Under the pieces are notes generated by a model. It ran no database searches, was not told where the DNA came from, and saw only the letters and a list, made by a program, of their open reading frames with translations. The translations under genes were made by a program, and so were the position numbers. Shown here piece after piece: positions 29,319-41,600 of a stretch of DNA of 64,000 nt. How positions within the stretch are numbered: the stretch's first letter is position 1; each line of letters starts with the position of its first letter. The DNA comes from a virus, in IMG/VR virus record IMGVR_UViG_3300030106_005394, positions 8,705 to 72,704 of that record. The stretch is one strand, 5' to 3'.

Positions 29319-29499
29319 GACAATGCCGAAGGCAACGCCTCAGTACATAACGGTTGATATTGATACGATGCCTAAGGTTCCAGATGCAATTCGTGAGCTA
29401 GACCCAGATGGTGTTAATGCATACGAAGATAAGATGAGGATATTTTGGATTAGTCTAGCAGACTCAATCAACAGCATCATAGAAAAGGTCGAGTCTTGA
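29305..29499 (+). CDS. Hypothetical protein
   Basis: In-operon ORF. Confidence 0.55.
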   Translation: MSLVKTMPKATPQYITVDIDTMPKVPDAIRELDPDGVNAYEDKMRIFWISLADSINSIIEKVES

Positions 29500-29526
29500 C
29501 TATGAAAACTCAAACAGTAATATAGT
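29496..29526 (+). promoter_or_regulatory. Sigma70-like promoter
   Basis: TTGACT followed by TAATAT (16-nt spacer) or TATAGT (19-nt spacer); overlaps the upstream TGA. Confidence 0.45.
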
Positions 29527-29533
29527 ACGCGAA

Positions 29534-30391
29534 ATGGCAACTAACTTTCAGACGCCTACAGACCTTTCAGGCCACACAATAGATACTGGTCAGAGCATAA
29601 CCACAAGGACGGGATCAAGTGCTCCAATATCACATGCAAATATAGACGCAAACTGGAATCGACTCACCACAAAGGTAAATGGAATCCATGCTGGCCTAGG
29701 CGCAATTCATACTGCTGTAAACGCACTGGAGAACAGTAGTCTTTTCTCTTCTGGACTTCCAACTGCCACTGCTACTGTAAAAGGGGGAGTTAAAATTGGA
29801 AGTGGACTATCCATGAATGGTGAAGTCCTTAGCACCGATTCTGCTGTTCTCAATAGCGCAATAGACACTAGGATCGCCACACAGGTACAAGCAGATAACT
29901 CAATCAGCAGAAACTCTATAGAGTCTGAATGGACATGGCTTACAACTCCATATGTTGCTTCTGTTTCTGGATCAGGTACCGCCAGCCAAGGCGGCAGTAG
30001 CGTAAGTGACCCAACAAGTATTGGGTGGAAGTTTGTTCAGGTAATAGGACTAGGCGGAGTTCCTTCCACCGCAAGGCAAGTGCTTGTTAATGTCAGCGTG
30101 AATGAGCTTGATATGTGGGCATACAACCCAGATACGGGAGTGCTGGCGCCTTATGCCGCAAATGCTTGGGATAATTCTGGCGATGTCTACGCTAATGTAG
30201 TTCTTCATGCTGGCTCGGCTCCTTGGCCAATACTCATGGGCTCCACCAACTATAAAGCATCAAACAATGCAGTAAGCTCTCCTTCTAATACTGGAGGAAT
30301 AACCCCCTCAACCCATGTCGTTGTGTACTTCGCTAGGCAGGACGGCAATGGAGGATCACATGGTAATTTTGAAATCTTAGCATACCGATGA
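29534..30391 (+). CDS. Fibre/spike protein
   Basis: LPTATATVKGGVKIGSGL fibre motif; ISHANIDANW N-terminal attachment motif. Confidence 0.7.
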   Translation: MATNFQTPTDLSGHTIDTGQSITTRTGSSAPISHANIDANWNRLTTKVNGIHAGLGAIHTAVNALENSSLFSSGLPTATATVKGGVKIGSGLSMNGEVLSTDSAVLNSAIDTRIATQVQADNSISRNSIESEWTWLTTPYVASVSGSGTASQGGSSVSDPTSIGWKFVQVIGLGGVPSTARQVLVNVSVNELDMWAYNPDTGVLAPYAANAWDNSGDVYANVVLHAGSAPWPILMGSTNYKASNNAVSSPSNTGGITPSTHVVVYFARQDGNGGSHGNFEILAYR

Positions 30392-31179
30392 AACCAATAA
30401 TATTCCCATTCAATATCTTAGCAAATCCTTGGAATGCCATTGGAGAACTCCTTAAGGCTATACCAATCTGTTTTTTTCTTGGTAAATTATTTGGCGTAAA
30501 GAAGCCACCTTCGCCGTACCAGCAAGCTCTTCAAAGCATGAAGGCTAAGCGTACTGCCGACCAATGGGCATACGACGACTGGATGAAGAGGAACCCTTGG
30601 TATAGCAACTGGAGGAATTACGCATCAGATGCAGCCAGCTCTCTTGGTGATTACGGGGATAGGTTTGCTCAAGCTCAGGCCATTAATGATATGTACCAAA
30701 GGGATGTAGATAGCCTTTACGATCAAAACGTAAGGCCACTTTTGGGATCAGGGATAGGCTCATACGAGTCAGACCAGCAGGGATTATTTGGTGACAGAGC
30801 AAGAGCTGCAACGGCTGGCGCAAGGGCATTTGGTGAAAGTAACCAAAAGATATTTTCCGATGGCTTAGCTCAGATGGCCAAAAAGTTTGGAACAGAGCAG
30901 GGCGGGTTTGGCTCTGGTTTTGCTTCTTCGTTTGGAGAAGCTGCACAACAGGGAGCGCAATCTGCGGCCGACATGTTTGCATCCGCACAGCAGGGCATTG
31001 CAGCAGATAAGACCGATACATATGATAAGGTTTTCTCTGCACAATCCAAGGCTCCAGCTAGAGTAGATGAATTTAGAAAAACCGCACTTGATAGCTTGGT
31101 TGCTCCTACTGAGTCTGCGCTTGCAGGATGGGATAGCATAACCAGCAGAGAGCGACAAAACGCACCTCAAATGGCATAA
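30388..31179 (+). CDS. Putative internal virion/ejection protein
   Basis: Hydrophobic N-terminus, A/G/Q-rich helical body, position before the large ejection proteins. Confidence 0.55.
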   Translation: MKPIIFPFNILANPWNAIGELLKAIPICFFLGKLFGVKKPPSPYQQALQSMKAKRTADQWAYDDWMKRNPWYSNWRNYASDAASSLGDYGDRFAQAQAINDMYQRDVDSLYDQNVRPLLGSGIGSYESDQQGLFGDRARAATAGARAFGESNQKIFSDGLAQMAKKFGTEQGGFGSGFASSFGEAAQQGAQSAADMFASAQQGIAADKTDTYDKVFSAQSKAPARVDEFRKTALDSLVAPTESALAGWDSITSRERQNAPQMA

Positions 31180-31181
31180 CA

Positions 31182-32678
31182 ATGGCAACCCTACTAGAGC
31201 AGATTTCCAATAGGGCAGCTTCTGCGCCGCAGCAAAAAATACAGACCATCGACCCCAACAGGTTGATGCAAAATGTAATGAGCATGGAGCAGGACTACCG
31301 CATGGCACAACTCAACAGCCAATACGAGAGTGACCGCATGCGTGCCAAGGCTCACATGGATCAACTCATGACCCTACAAAGGGATAAGAAAAACTTCAAA
31401 AGGGAAAGAAAGCTAGCACGTGAATCCGACAGAAATAAGGCCATAAGTGGTTCAATTGGGTTGGCCGAGCAAGGCTATGGATCAGCCCCCTTGGGCATGT
31501 CCCCAGAGCAGTCTACTCTATACTCACAAGCTTCGTTAAAAGGAGCAGAGGCAAAGAGCCAGAGAGAGGGTCAGGGAATGTTTGCCGCAAATCTATATAA
31601 GGAGATGGAGGCCTACAATCCAGCCTTATACCGAGAGCAGGTCACAGATAGTATTTACAGCGAAATGGCCACCCCAGAAAAGGTGGACGAGTGGCTGACA
31701 TCCAAAGAGGGCAGAGCATATCAGAGGACTCCAGAGTATGCTAACCTGAGGATGCAAGGAGGCGCAGACGGAGGAGAGGTCCCAATGGGAGTGCCACTTC
31801 ACCCAAGCTCTCCAGCCTTTAAGATGCTTCAGCGCAGATATATAGCGAGCGACCCAATGATTCAAGCCCAAGCGGATCAAGCAATACTTAGTATTGCAGG
31901 GGCTAGGGAAGCGAAGCACATGTCCCAGACCAATCAATTTAATACCCTTACAAATGCTGGGGTAAATTGGTATCCATATTATAATGCTCAACCTCAAGCT
32001 GGTCAGGATAACCCACTCTTGCCTCAAGGTAAAAATGAGGACAGCGAATCTAAAACCGAAGGCTCAGGAGGAGGCTCTGAGGAAGAGGAAGAAATGAACC
32101 CGATACTGGGAGGAGCACTTAGGGCTGCTGGTACTGGAGGATTAGCTTATGGTGCTGGAAGAATGACCACAACTCCATATAGGGCCGCTACATCAACCTT
32201 ATACGGAAGACAGCTTAGCACGGAATTAAAGAGAGCCACCAATAATTTAGCCAGAACACCATCATTGCAATGGAATACTCCACGATCAGCTGCTGGGCCA
32301 AACCCAGCCTTGGCGAAAGCACAAAGCGAGATTGACTCTGTAATGAAGTCCCAGAGAAGCCTACTCAAGGCAAATGGGGTTCAGGACGTTGCCCAGTTAA
32401 GCAACCAAGAGGTAACCGAACAACTCAAGCAGATGGTTGAGGACGGCAAGATAAAGAAGATACCTAAAGCTGATAAGGCACTTGCTAAGAAGCTTGGGAA
32501 AGGGGTATTGAGTTCCGTATGGAAAAAAGCTTTAGCCGCCGTAGGTGGCGCCACAGCAACTGGTGCATCTGGCGCGAACCCTTGGACAACAGCAGCAGGA
32601 TTTATAGCAGGACTAGGCATGGCCGCATGGACAGTCCATGACGTTTACGGGATAGCAAAAGACTTAATGAGTGAATAA
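31182..32678 (+). CDS. Putative internal virion/ejection protein
   Basis: Helical, Gly/Ala-rich hydrophobic segments near the C-terminus. Confidence 0.55.
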   Translation: MATLLEQISNRAASAPQQKIQTIDPNRLMQNVMSMEQDYRMAQLNSQYESDRMRAKAHMDQLMTLQRDKKNFKRERKLARESDRNKAISGSIGLAEQGYGSAPLGMSPEQSTLYSQASLKGAEAKSQREGQGMFAANLYKEMEAYNPALYREQVTDSIYSEMATPEKVDEWLTSKEGRAYQRTPEYANLRMQGGADGGEVPMGVPLHPSSPAFKMLQRRYIASDPMIQAQADQAILSIAGAREAKHMSQTNQFNTLTNAGVNWYPYYNAQPQAGQDNPLLPQGKNEDSESKTEGSGGGSEEEEEMNPILGGALRAAGTGGLAYGAGRMTTTPYRAATSTLYGRQLSTELKRATNNLARTPSLQWNTPRSAAGPNPALAKAQSEIDSVMKSQRSLLKANGVQDVAQLSNQEVTEQLKQMVEDGKIKKIPKADKALAKKLGKGVLSSVWKKALAAVGGATATGASGANPWTTAAGFIAGLGMAAWTVHDVYGIAKDLMSE

Positions 32679-35600
32679 TGTCAGATACATATGGACAAAC
32701 CAATCCCTACACGCAGAGGTACAGGGTACAGCTCAAAGCGCAAGGGGTGGATACATCCCAGCTATCTGATGACACACTTACGTTTAGGTTAGGCAAGCGC
32801 CTAGAGTCTGAGGGCAAATCGCTCTCTAAAGTCGGCGGTGATGCTTTCCAGAAGCAATATCTCGACATAAAGAATCGACCAGCTCCTGACATGCAGGGGC
32901 CATTAGCTCTGCCTAAAGAGCTATATCGTGCTGGCAGGATGTCTACGATAGGTATGGCTGGTAGTGGCTTAAGTGCATTAGGTCTAGTAGCAGATCAGAT
33001 ACCTGTTGTTGGTGACGATTTGAATGCTTGGATGCAGGAGAAAGCTAATGCCCTCAGGGCCGAATCAAGTAGATATACTCCTACAATTACAAGACCTACC
33101 GATATTAGGTGGAACAAGCCTGACGAGGCTATGCGTGGTGCAGCGTCTATTGCAGGACAGGCATTTCCTTCATTGGTGCAAGGTCTGGTTGCCGCAAGAA
33201 CTGGAGCTGTCGGCTCAAAGGCACTAGCAAAGACACTAAGTAAGAGAATACCAGAGGGAAAGAAGGTCACTAAGAGAGTAAAGGGAACCTACGTTCAAAG
33301 GGACGCAAGAGAAGACTTTATTGAGAAGATGGAGATGGGCGGCATGTATGCGGCTACAGCTCTAAATAGTATTGGGATGAATGCGGGAGAGATTTACAGC
33401 TCCCTATACGACAGCACTTTACTACCTGAGAGCGACCCAGAGTATGTTGATCCAGTAGATGCACGTAATGCGTCTATGGTCGGAGGAGTTATTTCTGGCT
33501 CTGCGGACTTCGTATTGCCTTCGATGATAATGAGCAAGTTCCTGAGGAATACAGGTCCAAAGGGTAAGCATTATTGGTCTAGATTTGTACAGTCACTACC
33601 TAGGAACATAACACTTGAGGGTGGAACTGAAGGCTTCCAAGAGCTCGTCAATATGATGAGCGAGAAGTACGCCAAGGGTGAGCCTATGGACTGGAAGCAC
33701 ATGACCAGCTCGGAGCGAATGAGGCTTGTAGATGCTGGTATTCTAGGTGCAGCAGGCGGTGCACAGGCAACACTTATAGAGGCTTTAGCCCAGCCAGAGG
33801 AAAGGCCCCTTAGCTCCGTTATGGCGAAGGAGCTTGAGGCTAGAGTGAAGCAGGGGAAAATAGATCAGCAACGCAGACTTGAACTCGCAGACGCAAGGGA
33901 GACTTCTCGTATAGGCAGAATCTTTAAGAAAGGGGAAGCCATACTTGACACAAGCACTGGCAAGATAGGCACATATAATCGGAGACTATCGGAAGACTTT
34001 ATAGAGATAGAAGCAGACGGGCAAAGCCAGACAGTACCTATATATAGGGCGGTAAAGGCAGTACCCGAAAATCAGCAATCACAATTTGAGACAGGTGATT
34101 ATGTAACCTTCTCTGATATAGACGTCCCTGAGCAGGGCGGAATCATAACTAGCATCAGTGGCAATAGGGCCAGCATAGACGGAATAGACTTTGATGTAGA
34201 GCTAAGTAAGCTAAACAAGGTTGCCAGTAAGAGAGAGAACGAGCAAGATCGTGCGCTCCAGAATCTATCTAAACGCACAAGGAGCGGAAATATTGCGGCA
34301 GCAACAGTAAATAAGATACTTAACTCTGGGCTTACAATCGACCAGCTAAAGGGAACGACCGCAGAGGGAAAGGATTTTGAGGTCGTTGAGCAAGGCGGTA
34401 AGTATAAGTACAATCTATCATCCAAGAAAGCCAAGCCAGTAGATGTCAAAGTTGATCCGCCAACAGCCGAGGTTCAGGTACCCCAGAGCGATATAAACGC
34501 CTATGTAACATACGCTACGGATTTCATTAACAAACTAAAGGAGAAGCCGAATGCCGATCTTACTGGAGATTACATATATAACATAACCCGAAAATCCTTC
34601 ATGAATAAGTACATGAAGGATAAGGGTGTTGATGCTCAAGTTGCCAATAATATCTGGCAGCAGTCGAACAGTAACGGGATCGCATGGAACCTTAGGGAGC
34701 GTGGAATACTTAAGGGGATCAGGGTCAGTGGAGAGACTGCTGGAGAGCGATTAATTGCAGACACCAAGGAGAAGCTTGGTGACATAAGGAAGGAGTACAA
34801 CCTAAAGAAGGGTGTTATTGCGTACAATGGCAACCTTGGTGTTACTGGGAGGCTCAATGAATCTAACGGGAGAGTTGAGGTACATTACATTTCCGATGCA
34901 ATAATACAGACTAGACAGGTAGACGTTGGTGATATTGAGAAAATTAAATCAACAGGGGATAAGGCATCAATCAAGAGGCTAGGTTTTGCCCTGCAGCAGC
35001 AAGGCATTGAATCCTACAGGGAGCACATGGATGAAATCCTCAGGCTTCAAGGCAGGACTGATAAGGATATAGAGTCTAAAAAAGAAGACGTTACTCGCAG
35101 TATTGAAGAGGAAGGGAATAGGCAGGCTTGGTTGAGTTATGTTTCATCGCTTGAGTCAAAGATAAGTGAGGATGAAACCAAGCAGAGGAACGGGAAGGGA
35201 TTTACGGACCCAGCAGGAAATCCTAATGATTTTGGAAGGCATTATTTTGCCAAACAAAACATATCTGATCTTGAAGATTTATATAACGGAACGCTACTCA
35301 ATCTTGGTATATATGGAGATGGGTCCAATAAGGAGTACATAGATGCCTTGGCCTACTACAATATCCCAGCAAGATTTAATGCAAGCGACATAAAGAAAGT
35401 CGCAGATGTAAAGCCATACTACAATATGGCGAGAAGAAGGTTCAAGTACCACCTTAGCAAAACGCAGAAGGAGTGGGAGAGTTTCTTGATTGACCAATAC
35501 AAGGCTGACAAGAGCGACAAGGAGAGGCGGGCAAGGGAGAGTGAAGCCAAGAATGAGAAAGAGAATGAAAGGCGAAAGAAACTTAGTCAGGCCACAAAGA

Positions 35601-38600
35601 ATAACACACCCCTGCCTCCTGACTTTGAATACTCAAATGAAATAGTAGGTCGCATTGAGCGTGAGCATTTTTCGGGAGTGAGAGAAGGTCAGGAGGATGC
35701 TTTGGCCATCATTGATTCAATAAGATCGTTTTTATATAATGATGGTCGCTTTAGTTTCAGTGAAGAGCAACCTGCTCTCACGGGAGACAAAATGAGACTT
35801 TATCAGGCATTCGATGCCCACATAAGGAAAAATCGCGGAGTCTGGACTCCTCTCGTAGAGGGGCATTGGTACAAAGAGCCTCACTGGGAGAAGTTTATAA
35901 ATTACGCAAGGCAAGAGCCATCCATGAGGGTAAAGGGGCTAGTGTGGGAGGATGGAGATCAAGCATTTCCAAGAAAGCAGAATGCTTCATTAAGGGCTGA
36001 GATTAATCGATGGGGTAGTTTTTATGCATCTTGGGAAGGAACTTACAGGGATGCGGTAAGCACCGCCTTAGGGGAAACTCTTCCAAAGAAGTTAAACGTA
36101 GAGCAAGCCTTGCTTCATATGGATGAGGATTTCAGTAATTATATTGGAGAAAATACAGACTCTGCTTTAATTCAAGATATCTTAACTGGTGGTGAGGTAG
36201 AGGGAGTATTTACAGGCTTATTCGATAAGCTCATATCTGTTTCATCTGACGCAAAAACGGATTGGGACACAATCGCTAATTTAAGCGGCGGACAGCAGTA
36301 CCCAAAGCTTAGGTTTCTTAAAAGGCCAACGAAATACGGCAGCCATAAGGTTGCAAGCATTAACGAAGATGAATTTGCCGAATTGCTGGCCGCAACCCAG
36401 TTCGATGGCGCAAACACCATGGTGAATGCTTGGGGTAACGCAATAGACATAACGGTAACAAAACAGTACAAGCAGAATACCTCCTTTAAGAATTATGTAG
36501 TTACAGATAAGGCTTGGGGCAGTGAGGACAGATACTGGCTTGAGGTTCGCAGAGATGGGGGATACTATTATGTTCTTCTTGACTCTGGCAGTAATGATCT
36601 GCGCAACTCTAAGCGAGGTATAGATTTTACTGAAGAGCAACATAGTACATCCGTACAGCCCGAGACAGATACCATCGAGGAGAGCTTCGATGAGTTTAAG
36701 AGTTACATAGGGACCCTAATAGAAAGTAGTATAGAAGGTCTGGATGATTATGATATCCTCAATCTTGCGGCAGAGGACATAATCAAAAATCACAAGGATA
36801 AGATTCCTAGTATATTAAAGAGAGCTAAGGCCCCTAAGGTATATGATGATTCTGACGGATATGAGGTACTTCCTTACTTTGTAAAACTCCTTGAGCAAGC
36901 CGAGCAGCAGGGCAATCTTCTGGAGTTAGCTAAGGAGCAGGCCAAGAATGTGACCGAGGAACAGCGACAGGACGCATTATTTAGCGAGTTCTATAAAGAA
37001 GCTGGGGATAGGATATCCGAACTAGAAGACGAGCAGGCTGGTGATATCCCGCCCGATATTGGGCTGGCTATTATGGGTGAGGAAAGGCGGGGCATACGGG
37101 AGCTTTCTAAGGAGTGGGCTGAGTGGTTTGGGCGTTCTGCCTACAGGTATTTACAGATGTCCGTACTTCGGGCCGCTAGGTCAGGAATAAGCCTTACTCG
37201 AGTATTTGAGGAGTGGTATACGTCCTTGATTAAGTACATATCGACCTTGACCAATACAAACGGGCCTGTGCCTACAGATACCAAGGCAAGGCTCATGAAG
37301 GTCACAAACTCCGAGCTGTTCTCCGAACTACTAGATGAATTATCCAAGGATAAGGATTTCCTTAGTGAATTAACCCCGCAGCAGCAGCGCAACCTGAAGG
37401 ACATAATAAAGTACGGAGATAGCTTTGGATACATGACCAAGGATTCTGTAGTCGATTACTTTGATGTCATAGAGGATCATATGCTTACTCGGATTAGGGT
37501 TGAAGCACTTATATCTGATGGCGATATTAATAATGATCTTATTTCTCAACTACAGGATCAGATTGGCCCCGTAAGTCTTGCTGAAAAAATCAGGCAATTA
37601 CAGGTGGCTGAGGGAACGGGCACAGAGGAGATAGCTTTGCATACAGCCCTAGTGGGAGCAGAGAATATTTACAGCAAGTACAATGAGGCAATAAGCAAAT
37701 ACGACTCAGTGGAAGATTGGACTGGTACGGAAGACTACAGGAAGCTAAGAGCCGAGCTTCAGGATTCCCTTTACGATAAATATAAGTCAGGTAAAGGTGT
37801 AAATCCTATTGCTGAGCTAAAGGACATTAAGATCCCATTTGGTCAGGCCGATATGTTTGGTGCAAATGAGTTTGATCCTATTAATGCATTCCAGTATGAA
37901 GACATTGATTGGTTCAATCGACTAGACAATATGGATACCCCAGAGTTTGACTGGGCCTCAATCTTGGGTGCTACATCCTATAACAGGTATCGCATTGAGA
38001 GGGGAGACACGCTTAAGGGTATCGTTAATATGATAGCTGAACAGAGCGGGGGAGATAGGGATAAGATTCGTGATGCGATAATAGAGAGTACCAATGATGA
38101 CTTAAATTGGATACCAGACCCATTAAGGTCACTTAATGATGCAGAGCGAATGACCTATAATGCCCTCAAGGCGCATAGGACTTTTCTTGAGAGCAAAGTA
38201 AGAGATCTTGGCTCCAGTCTCGAACTAGATGAGGCACTAAAGAAGGTCAACAAGCAGATGGATGACCTGACCATAAATGCGGAGAAGCATAACCCCCAAA
38301 CTAGGGTAGAGGATTTCGACGGAAAAGCTTGGCACGAGCAGGACATTATCGGCAGTGGTGATAATATAGGTAGATTTATAATAATTCCATCAAGAGGGGG
38401 TTTCGGACAGGCTCTTCTTGATGACATTAAGGCCGCTGAAGACGCAAGGCGTATCGCCATTGAATTTAGTGGCAACGAACAAAAGGCCTTTGAGGCTCTG
38501 ATAGCGGAAGAAAAGGCCAAGGAAGCAAAGGCGAATCTTCCGTCCCCAGAGGTACAGAAGTCTGTGGCCATAACAGTAAGGTCTCTTTCTGACGAAAACG

Positions 38601-41600
38601 GACAGCTCAGTATTAGCGATGAGGATAAGTATGTAAACGCAGAGGCTACCGCTCAGAAGATTGACTCTGTGTATGCTCAGAGCCAAATGCAGGCTGCCAT
38701 GCAGAAGTCAACTGGTGCGGGCAAGCGGGCCAAGGGTCCATATAAGAAGTTTTTTGGATTCTACTCAAAGAGTACAGCAAGTGGACTTGGTAGCTACTTT
38801 ATGGTTGGTACTTATCAAGGAAAAAACAAGAGAGTAAGTATTGGTTCAGATAATTTACCTATTGTAAAGAAGAGGCCTGATGGGGAGCCAGTTATTAACC
38901 TGACTGGAAAAACATTCAAGGAAGTTCGAATTCAGAATAAGTCTACGCAACAAAGGAGCGCAGGAACGTATGTGATCTATAGGGACAACAAGGGTAACGC
39001 TCACTTTTATAATAGTAATCTTTTCGAGTCATATGCACCAATAATGATAAGGCCTGATGCCTTTGGACTTGATCGACGTGAGGGCATGACACTAGGCCAA
39101 TTCCTTGTGGAGCATGGAGATAAGTTCAGCCTTGATGGTGAGACAATAACATTTAGGAATCCTCCGATGCTGGCCGATAATCAGCCTAGGGTATCTTTTA
39201 AGTTTTCCAGCTATGAAGACTTCTTAAACGCAAAGAATCTTGCGTATGGTAACGTAGCTAGCGTTGCAGCAAGCACTGGAGAGAAAACACTTACTGGCGA
39301 CAGGAAGACAATAAAGGTACTTCGATCAGAGAGGAACAGGCTGGCGGAAAAGATAGAATCATTTGATGTAGGCGATCCTGATAAGCTAGTAAATCAATAT
39401 AAGTTTAGCCACAAGGCGAAGTCTGATGAGCTACATAAAATAGAGGCCAGAAGTAACCCATTGATGACAGGCCCAGAGCAAGACCTAGACAGCTTTAATG
39501 AAAACCAAAGGAAGAACTACACCGATGATACTGTGGCTACAGTGGGCCAGCATGCCAGTAAGATTATAAAGATAGGAGAAAGGTCTTTCCAAGTTACCGA
39601 TACTGGGGTAATTGATGCCACCACAGGACTCGGCGTTGATTCCAGCAAGAACTTCATCGTAGAGACCCTCAGGCCCTCAAGGGATATAATGATTGAGCTA
39701 GTGGAGCTATCTGCCGAACTGAGCTATGCGGGTGACCCAACTAATTTATACGAGCTTAAGCCTGACGAGATACAGAATAAGTTCGACAGGATTGTGGAGC
39801 TGGAACAGAAGTGGAAGGACCTGTACAGTAAGAACGAGAACCTTCGCTACATAATAGAGCAGATTGGTGTACCAAAGGACCTAGGCTACTCATTTGGCTC
39901 TAGGCTTTATTCGGTAAGCCAGAAGATGACTGGAGAATCTCAGATGGAGAACACTCGGGCGCTAGAGCCTGAGGTGGCAAGATACATAATTGAATCACTA
40001 TTCGGCAGGACTCGGCTTCTTGTTCCAAGTAAGTATGAGCTTTCCATTGAGATGACCAGAGATATCCACAAGAGGCTCATTAAGGATAATCCCCTGTTGA
40101 GCTTTCTAGATAGGTACATCGTTGACTTAAGCCTCAAGCAATCAATAAGAAATGTAAAGAGGGGCGATGGTAAGGCTGATGAATTTATAATGGACTCGGG
40201 CGTTACTCCCGTCGAGAACGCCATCATGAATGACCAGCGAGTTGTTGAGGTTCGGGAGGGCACTACACTTGCGGATATAGCAAAGGCCGAGGGCATTGAG
40301 ACTTGGGACCTAGTTAGACTCAATGGACTAATAGAGTCTGAGGCACTTACGCTAAGGGGTGAGTTCTCCCAACAGCAAAAGAAGATTGATGTTGAAAATG
40401 CTGAGGCTAAGTTTGCCGAGAAGCTCAGCAGGATAAAGGGAACATACCCAGATTATGAAGTTATAATCCTTCCAAATATAGAAGACTCTACTGTTGAGGT
40501 ATCCAGAACTTCCGATCGGGAAGACACAGGATACTCTGACGAGGATGTGGATATTTCAGATCCCGATATATCTGGCGATAGGCTTGGCTATAGTAATACC
40601 GAACGGATGCGAGAGTATCTTAAGGAAGAAGATACTGGTCGTGAGTCCGAGGTAATAGAGGTAGAGAGAAGGCAGATCAAGGATAGGAGTGTTGAGCTTA
40701 GCAGGTCTTTACAGGGGGAGTATATTGACCTTGGCGAGGAACTTAGTGAGCTGGAGAGGCAAGGATTTACTACAGGCTCAATAGCTGGGAAAAACCAAAC
40801 ACGCTCTAATAATATCAGAGCAAGGATGCGAGAAATCCTTGTCACAATCGACAGGGCTAGAAGAAAATCATACTGGTACACTATAAGGCAAAATATATAC
40901 GGAAGTCGGATTGCAGGATCTAGTATAGAATTGGTAACTCCCGAGTCTCAAGCCCTGCAAGAAGCTAGGGCAGAGCAGGGTATCGTTCAGTCGCAAATAA
41001 AGCTTGAGAGGATTGAGCAGGGAATATCTCAACAGAGTAGTGACCTTCAGGAATTGCGAGAAAATATAAAGAAGTTGGGTGAGGAGACTATAACTGTTAA
41101 TACCGCTGACTTTGACAGATACGCCAATGAACCTGCGGACGCAACATTTGTAATCAAAAGGGATAAGCATGTAACATTTACCCTAGAGCAAGGAAAGGCT
41201 CTTTCAGAGTTAAAGGGGAAGTTATTTAACGACCTATCAAAGCTAGGCCATTACTATAAGCAGATTGAGATATTTGTTGAAGCCGAGATAGAGGCTAGCG
41301 GATTAAGTGCCGCAAGAGCCAAAAGAAGTGCCACCATAAGCAAGCTAAGGAATCTCATGGTCGAGAAAGAGGCGGCCATGATGGAGTCAAAGGCATGGAC
41401 GCAGGTAGTTAATATAACTAAGGACCCCGAGGACGCGGCCAATAGAGTATCTGATCTAGGCTCCACCAAGCAGGCTTTACTGGATTATGTAGATGAAGAG
41501 ATAAGCACCATAGAGGAGCAGTACACAAGCCCAATAGACGGAACTTCAATAAAGGTGGATATGGGGTCCCTGTCTCCATCTGCGGCCAGCGAGATAATAA

